Assembly (NCBI GenBank): GCA_964016885.1
Contig: OZ024741.1
Span: 148,428,001 to 148,492,000 of the forward strand
Reading direction: 5' to 3'
DNA length: 64,000 bases
DNA from: Eledone cirrhosa
Lineage: Eukaryota
The position numbers were made by a program, and so were the translations under genes. Below are positions 56,901 to 64,000 of the stretch, in pieces. How positions within the stretch are numbered: the first letter of the stretch is position 1; each line of letters begins with the position of its first letter. The notes beneath the pieces are model-generated. The model was not told where the DNA came from and did no database searches. It saw only the letters and a list, made by a program, of their open reading frames with translations.

Positions 56901-58506
56901 CCTGTGTTCGCTCGTGCATGTACCGCGGCCCCTCCCCGTATAGGTTGAGGGGAGAATGCACATTTTGCCGATGTTCCGGGGGTCAGTGTCATTCCTGATA
57001 CCGTCACGCAAATGGATGTAGGAGTCTGAGCGCAGCTGCTTCTGATTCAATTTTATGAAGCACAGTCTCTCCGACTCCATCTTTACAGCCATGTCAACTG
57101 CAAACTGTTGAAACAGTTCCCGTGACCTGTGCAGGGTGCTGAAATCGTTAGGCCTCGTTATGAAGCGGTATGAGTATAAAGCCATGCATGAAACAGCTTT
57201 AGATGTCGCAGCAGTGGGCTCGTTTGGTTTGCGCTGAGGAATGCTGAAATGGTACCGTCTTTTCCGTATGCAAAAAGAAGGGGATACTGCAGGGCGTCGT
57301 ATGAACGATGCGTCTCATTAATACGTCGAAGACCACTGTCACGACTTTGAAGAACTATGTCTCGCTTATTGTGCTGTTCACCATGGATAACTACGGCCAC
57401 TTCATTGCACGAAGGAGCGTTATAACGGCGTGCGTGCTCCCCAGAAGGTCTTTTGTCAGCATCGATGACAATGGTGAAGTTTGGTGAAGGATATGTTTCC
57501 AATGCGTATTTGAAACTGCGAATATAACTGTTGTGCTCATGAAGCATGTTTTGAAGACCGAGCAGCACGTCCCTTTCAAAAGTGTCAGCGTCAGTGTTTG
57601 CAGGTGTTGGAATAACGCCGAACTGCGCATCAACTTGCCTACTGTAGTTAGAAATGAAGTAAATTTGAAGGAACGCAGGCTTGCAATGTTGTAGTGGTGG
57701 GAGCAACCCAAAAAGATGGTACACCTGCCCCTGGACCTTGAAAGTAGGCATCCAACCACTTTCTCTGACAACGTTAGCCCCGAAAGAAGTAATTTGAAAC
57801 GCACAATTGTACTTCCTGATGAGTTGAAGGAATTTGGATGACCTTGAGGTAGAACCAGTAAGTAGTTCCTTCAAAGGCTCTGGTGGTTCCCCAAGAGGGG
57901 GCAAGCTGACCTTACCGTTTAAGCAGCACAGTACAGGTGGCTCCCCAGCCCACTTTTTAGCATTGCAGAATTTGCAATTGAAGCGCATTTCCCCTATATT
58001 TATGTCGGCAGGCATCGAGTAGTTAACGTTGGGCTCATACTTGAAAGCTCGTAGGTGCCAGTATGGGCTGTCGGGGCTCGTCACACCGTAGGCACCTACT
58101 TGTCGTCGACTGTTCCGCTCCAACGTAGAATGTTGTTCCTGTGGGTCGTGGGAAGCTCTCGCAGCAGTAGCAGAAGCCGCCACCCTTGCAATCCTAATGG
58201 AGCGCCCGTCTGCATCTTCAGAAGCCATGGAAGCAGTCATAGCCGCAGCGTTCCTAGCAAGGCGATTCGTCCGCCGTTCCAAACCTTCCACAGCCCTGGA
58301 AGCAGCAGTAGCCGCAGCGTTTCTATTCAGTCGAGCCGCCCTTTGTTCCGGGCCCTCTGAAGCCCTAGAAGCAGCAGTAGCAGCAGCGTTTCTATTCCGG
58401 CGAGTCGACCTTTGTACCGGGCCCTCTGAAGCCCTGGAAGTAGCAGTAGAAGCGTTTTTTTTTTTGGAATGACGTATCGCCCGCTACGAATCGCACATCG
58501 CAGCAC

Positions 58507-58507
<1 letters not shown>
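53915..58507 (-). pseudogene. Helitron Rep/PIF1-helicase, multiply frameshifted
   Basis: Zn-finger-like CKFC..CCLNGKV; Rep motifs PDLFITFTC, VEWQKRGLPHAHIL, KYICKYVNKG; helicase FFLDAPGG, VWDECTM, GDFRQTLPV, IMLIRNL..CNGTRL; C-terminal NIVYKEVL. Termini not found. Confidence 0.95.
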
Positions 58508-58590
<83 letters not shown>

Positions 58591-58595
<5 letters not shown>

Positions 58596-60060
58596 AAAGT
58601 TAAAGTGTACATCTACATATGTATACGGAAGTATTAGTATGCATATAAATACACACATGTATACATATGTACATGCACTGAGTTTTTCACTAGACACTTT
58701 ACAGTGAGTGTCAGCTAGTCTGTATGTAACCACACAGACGGACCGGGTTTTAGAGTCATACGAGTTTTCAAAGAAACACATTTCCTCTATTCTCCAGAGG
58801 GCCAGACAGGAATATTGGACTAGTTTCGATGTTATTACATCTCATCAGCAATATTTACCCATCTTCCGGCTTCTCTGGAGAATTGTAAAAGCACATATCG
58901 TTATATGCTTTTTCTATGAAAATTAGTAGTGGGTAGACTAATTTGCATAGAACGTGAGTCATTGTACGCACCGGTTCAGCGGAAACGATAAAAACAAATA
59001 ACGAAACGAAATTAAATTTCGTTTCGCTTCTAACTCACTTTTGTATGACTGACGCTTAAACAATTAAGTTAAAGTGTACATCTACATATGTATACGGAAG
59101 TATTAGTATGCATATAAATACACACATGTATACATATGTACATGCACTGAGTTTTTCACTAGACACTTTACAGTGAGTGTCAGCTAGTCTGTATGTAACC
59201 ACACAGACGGACCGGGTTTTAGAGTCATACGAGTTTTCAAGGAAACACATTTCCTCTATTCTCCAGAGGGCCAGACAGGAATATTGGACTAGTTTCGATG
59301 TTATTACATCTCATGGCCCTCTGGAGAATAGAGGAAATGTGTTTCCTTGAAAACTCGTATGACTCTAAAACCCGGTCCGTCTGTGTGGTTACATACAGAC
59401 TAGCTGACACTCACTGTAAAGTGTCTAGTGAAAAACTCAGTGCATGTACATATGTATACATGTGTGTATTTATATGCATACTAATACTTCCGTATACATA
59501 TGTAGATGTACACTTTAACTTAATTGTTTAAGCGTCAGTCATACAAAAGTGAGTTAGAAGCGAAACGAAATTTAATTTCGTTTCGTTATTTGTTTTTATC
59601 GTTTCCGCTGAACCGGTGCGTACAATGACTCACGTTCTATGCAAATTAGTCTACCCACTACTAATTTTCATAGAAAAAGCATATAACGATATGTGCTTTT
59701 ACAATTCTCCAGAGAAGCCGGAAGATGGGTAAATATTGCTGATGAGATGTAATAACATCGAAACTAGTCCAATATTCCTGTCTGGCCCTCTGGAGAATAG
59801 AGGAAATGTGTTTCCTTGAAAACTCGTATGACTCTAAAACCCGGTCCGTCTGTGTGGTTACATACAGACTAGCTGACACTCACTGTAAAGTGTCTAGTGA
59901 AAAACTCAGTGCATGTACATATGTATACATGTGTGTATTTATATGCATACTAATACTTCCGTATACATATGTAGATGTACACTTTAACTTAATTGTTTAA
60001 GCGTCAGTCATACAAAAGTGAGTTAGAAGCGAAACGAAATTTAATTTCGTTTCGTTATTT

Positions 60061-60064
<4 letters not shown>
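58591..60064. mobile_element. Retrozyme-like element: 469-nt tandem unit with hammerhead, ~1.5 copies plus ~1.6 inverted copies
   Basis: Period 469 on both arms (58811 to 59280; 59314 to 59783). Inversion junction at ~59314. (TA)n on both sides. Confidence 0.85.
59732..59776 (+). ncRNA. Canonical minimal type I hammerhead ribozyme; mirror at 58811-58855 on minus, truncated copy at 59280-59314
   Basis: aatattg-CTGATGA-gatgt(aata)acatc-GAAA-ctag-TC-caatatt: 7-bp stem I, 5-bp stem II, palindromic ACTAGT stem III, GUC site. Confidence 0.88.
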
Positions 60065-60114
<50 letters not shown>

Positions 60115-60585
60115 TATTGTATATTATATTAGATTGTATTTTTTATTTTATTTTACGCTAATTTACCCTTATTTTATGGTATATTGTTTTTTTTATTGCA
60201 TAATGTATTTTTAACTTTTAACTTACAGTTGTGTTTATATATGTATATGTGGAAGCACATGTGTGTGTAGGCAGATATGCATATGTGCAGGTGTATGCAT
60301 CTGGCAACACATATGCGTATGCATGTGTAGATCTATGTATATCGGCATATGCGTATGTATTTATGTGGATGTGCGTATGCATGTTAAGTTGTCTCTTTTC
60401 TTTTGTGTGTATATATATATATGTGTGTATCTACCTGTGTAGGTAATGTTTATGTACGTATGTGCATTTGTATGTATGTGTGGACATGTGTGAGTATAAT
60501 ATATATATGTGTGTGTATGTATGTATGTATGTATGTATGTATGTATGTATGTATGTATGTATGTATGTATGTATGTATGTATGTA

Positions 60586-62025
60586 TTGCATTTTCTGACG
60601 CTTGCACTGCCCTAGGTCTGACTGTCAGTCTCAAGAAAACCGTCGTCATGTACCAACCTGCTCCTGGTAAGCAGTACACTGAACCAAACATCTATGTGTA
60701 TGGCAAACGACTTGGAGTGGTTGATCAGTTTGTCTACCTGGGAAGCACTGTCAATCGATACAGCAACCTTGACAGTGAAATCTCACTTAGGATTAGGAAA
60801 GCAAGTGATGCTTTCGGAAAGCTAGAAAGGCGACTCTGGGGTCGGCGAGACATATGCAGGAGGACAAAGGTAAAGGTGTACAGGGCATGTGTGCTCTCTT
60901 GTCTTCTTTATGCCTGCGAGACCTGGGTCACATATCGACACTACCTTAAGCAATTGGAGCGTTTCCATCAGATGTGTCTCAGACGGATCCATGGCGTTCA
61001 CTGGAGGGACCACATCAGTGATGTCGAGATTTTGGAAAGCTCTATGTGTGACAGTATAGAAGCTCTTGTGCTTAAGCAACGACTCCGTTGGAGTGGTCAC
61101 CTTGCCAGGATGAAGGATTCTAGAATACCAAAACAACTCTTTTATGGAGAGATGGTTAAAGGAAAACGACCGCCACATAAACCAAAAAAGAGGTATAAGG
61201 ATTCCTTGAAAGCCTCTCTGAAAGACGCTAACATCTCTGCTGATACATGGGAAAATATTGCTGCTGATCGTAATAAATGGAGAAAGACTGTATATGAGGG
61301 AAAAGTTGCCTTTGAGGCATCTCGAATCGCATACGAGAAAGTAAAGCGGGATGTGAGGAAGGGCATTGCTGTTGCACTTCCAGACGGCGAGGGTCCTCTT
61401 ATGGTGCTGACATGCAGCGTCTGTGCGAGACTCTGCCTAAGCAAAGCTGGACTCGAAAGTCATCTTCGCAGTCATAAAGTAAGACCAGTGGTTGACTACC
61501 AGGCTGCTGTTGGAGATGCTACTCATCATGCTTGCCAAACATGTGGTAGAGAATGTAAATCAGCAGGAGGGCTCAAGGGACATGCAAAAGTACACGAACT
61601 CCAACCACAGCCGACTATTCCCAGTGAATGTTTTGGTTGCCGACTCTGTGCAAGACATTTTAGATCATTGGCTGGGCTAAAAAGCCACATTCGATCGCAG
61701 CGTTGTTAGTTGCTATCGTGTGTGTGTGTGTGTAGATATGCTTATGTGTGTGCGTGTGTGTATATATATATATGTATATGTATATTATTATTGTTGTTGT
61801 CGTTATTATTATTGTTGTTATTATTATTATTATTATTATTATTGTTATTAATGTATGTGTGTGTGTATATGTGTGTGTGGGTGGGTGGGTGTGTGTGGGT
61901 ATATGTGTATGTATATGTATATATATATTTCTTTTTTTTTTCTTTTTATTTATTTATTATTATTATTTATTTTTATTTTTTTCTCGTGCAATGGCCATAC
62001 TCGATAACGAGGGGGCAGCCATCAT
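60586..62025 (+). mobile_element. 5'-truncated RTE (BovB-like) LINE with three C-terminal C2H2-type zinc fingers
   Basis: ORF to 61709: GLTVSLKKT, FVYLGS, LLYACETW, RLRWSGHLARM, PKQLFYGE, then three CxxC-x12-H fingers. Probable tail ctcgataacgagggggcagcc near 62000. Confidence 0.88.
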
Positions 62026-62871
62026 ATGTGTGTGTATATATATATGTGTATGCACATGTGTGTATATATGTATGTGTGTGTATGCGTGTGTGTATATATA
62101 TATATACATATATATATAAATGTATAGAAGGTTGGCCGTATGTGTATGTGCGCTATATGTTTGAGTAGGATATGCTTATCCCAACTGATACAGGGCGCGA
62201 AGTAAGCAGCCGTCAGAAGGCTTGTGGCGATATGTATCAACAAGTGGGTGTGACTGGATCCGTGGAAGTGAGGGAGAGAGGGTGTGTGTATATATATATA
62301 TTAATGTAAGTATGTGGGTGTGTGTGTGTATGCGCATGTAGACGTATGTGTGTGTCTGCATAAGTAGGTATGTGTCTGCATGTGTGTGTGTTTATGTGTG
62401 TATTTTAGTATGTGTGGGTGCTTACTCTGAAGTGTGAGCAGACGTGTGAAGTACTGAACCCAGCATGACTCCATCGAAATGTGTCGGACGGAAAATGGTT
62501 GATGAACCGTGTGGCAGCAGATACTGACCAGAACTTGTGATGACGTGGAATAAAAACAGCCAATGGCATGACTAGAGTGGAAATAGTTTTTTTTTAGGAT
62601 GCTTTTTGATGATAACACCCCAGTGATAAAATTTGCTCCTGACATAACAACCGTGTCTGAAAGAACCCGCAGAAGTAGAATCAGCCAGATCCATACAAGG
62701 ACCATGTCTCGAGCTACATGCCGGCGAAACATTTGTAACACGAAATAAACTAAGTCCAGATGCATCACTGATTTTTCGTTTTCTTTATAATATCTACACT
62801 CTACTCTGATGAATATCGAGTGCTAATTTTGGCATACCGCCTATGGAAGCACCAAAGCTACCATTATACAC

Positions 62872-62953
<82 letters not shown>

Positions 62954-62970
62954 ATATATACATATATATA

Positions 62971-64000
62971 TAAGATCAAAAGATGGTTAAAAGAGTTCCA
63001 AGTATTTTATTATGCGCATTTCAAAAACAAATATCATCATGGGATGATATCTGCGTTCTCATCAGATAAAATAGGGAGACATCATATGAAGCTTAAAAAA
63101 CACTTGTGAGCAGTGAAGTTTTAAATCAACATATGAAAAATAAATTAAGATGGATGTATGAGATTGGGAAAAAGTGCGGGAGTGGTGGAAAAGGTGAGGA
63201 AGAGGAAGAAATAAGAGTAAAGGATGGTGGGGGAGGAGTATAAGAAGGAAGGATGAGAGAGGAGGAGAAATGGGTGATAGAGAGAGATAGCCTTTATAAC
63301 TGAGAAAATATTGTCTCACAGAGAGAAATTAAAAAACCGTTGGAAGATAATAGATAATTTTGAAGTTAAAAGTTAATGAGGTTTATGCATGAAGAAAAAG
63401 GAATTAAGAATAGTATTAAATTAAGGTTTGTATATTGAAGGGTTTAATAATATGTGCGAAGAAAAGAATCTATTAATATGTATTATTAAGATAAAAATAT
63501 TAAGGATATTAAGGATATAATGTGAAAAGAAGGAGAAGAATAAATGAGTTATGAATTTAGAGGAATTAGTTAGGGTTTAAGTTTGTTTTTATGTATTGTA
63601 ATATGTATACGTAAATAGTATGTTTAAAATGAGCATGGGAGGAGAAAAGAAAAAAGAATGTTTAAGGAAGAAAATATCTAACGTCAAAAATATCTAACGT
63701 CGAAATATTTTCTAATGGTAATATTATAATATATTAAAAAGAAATTAGTTGGGGTTTAAGTTTGTTTTTATGTATTGTAATATGTAAAAGTAAAAGTTAG
63801 TAATGGGTTTAAAACGAGCAGGGAAGGAAAGAAGAGAGAAGAAAAATTTAAGGAAGAAAAAAATATCTAACGTCAAAAATGTTTATATGTTTACGGAAAT
63901 CTTCTAATGGTAATATTATAATGTATTAAAAAAATATAGTTTTAATGGCCAATAATATGAGGAAAGATGGAAGAATGGATAATGCTGTAGTGAGTAATAA
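62971..64000 (-). mobile_element. Probable PLE 3' region with hammerhead at 63003-63073
   Basis: Same HHR family as 27587-27657. Pyrimidine-rich on minus, like the other PLE 3' UTRs; ends at (TA)n. Confidence 0.6.

Noticed and set aside
58591-60064. Repeat as a CRISPR array or Helitron subterminal satellite; its 64-77 aa ORFs as genes
   Set aside because: No repeat-spacer pattern or cas genes; separated from the Helitron by (TA)n; the ORFs are low-complexity and recur only because of the repeat.

Overview
AT-rich eukaryotic (animal) DNA made almost entirely of transposable elements and (TA)n/(GAT)n/(GT)n microsatellites. The SINE/RTE repertoire resembles octopus/cephalopod repeats (inference from recalled repeat motifs, not a search). 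Recognisable elements: the 3' end of an L1/Tx1 LINE; several RTE-clade LINE families, including one with an unbroken ~1030-aa APE-RT ORF (48822-51917, minus); at least five Penelope-like element (PLE; RT/GIY-YIG) insertions, several with inverted terminal copies; a decayed Rep-helicase Helitron and a 2.5-kb non-autonomous Helitron; mariner and hAT-like transposase relics; tRNA-derived SINEs; and TTAA-flanked MITEs. The main hidden layer is RNA structure. About ten distinct type I hammerhead ribozyme (HHR) motifs can be folded by eye. Two of them sit in non-coding tandem units of 469 nt (58591-60064) and 529 nt (47766-48590) that look like retrozyme-type, potentially circRNA-producing, non-autonomous retroelements inserted in (TA)n. 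An unexplained ~610-nt unit family has a similar partial-tandem layout. No host gene is certain; two small candidate exons are noted. Most ORF-track entries are microsatellite artefacts or antisense shadows.
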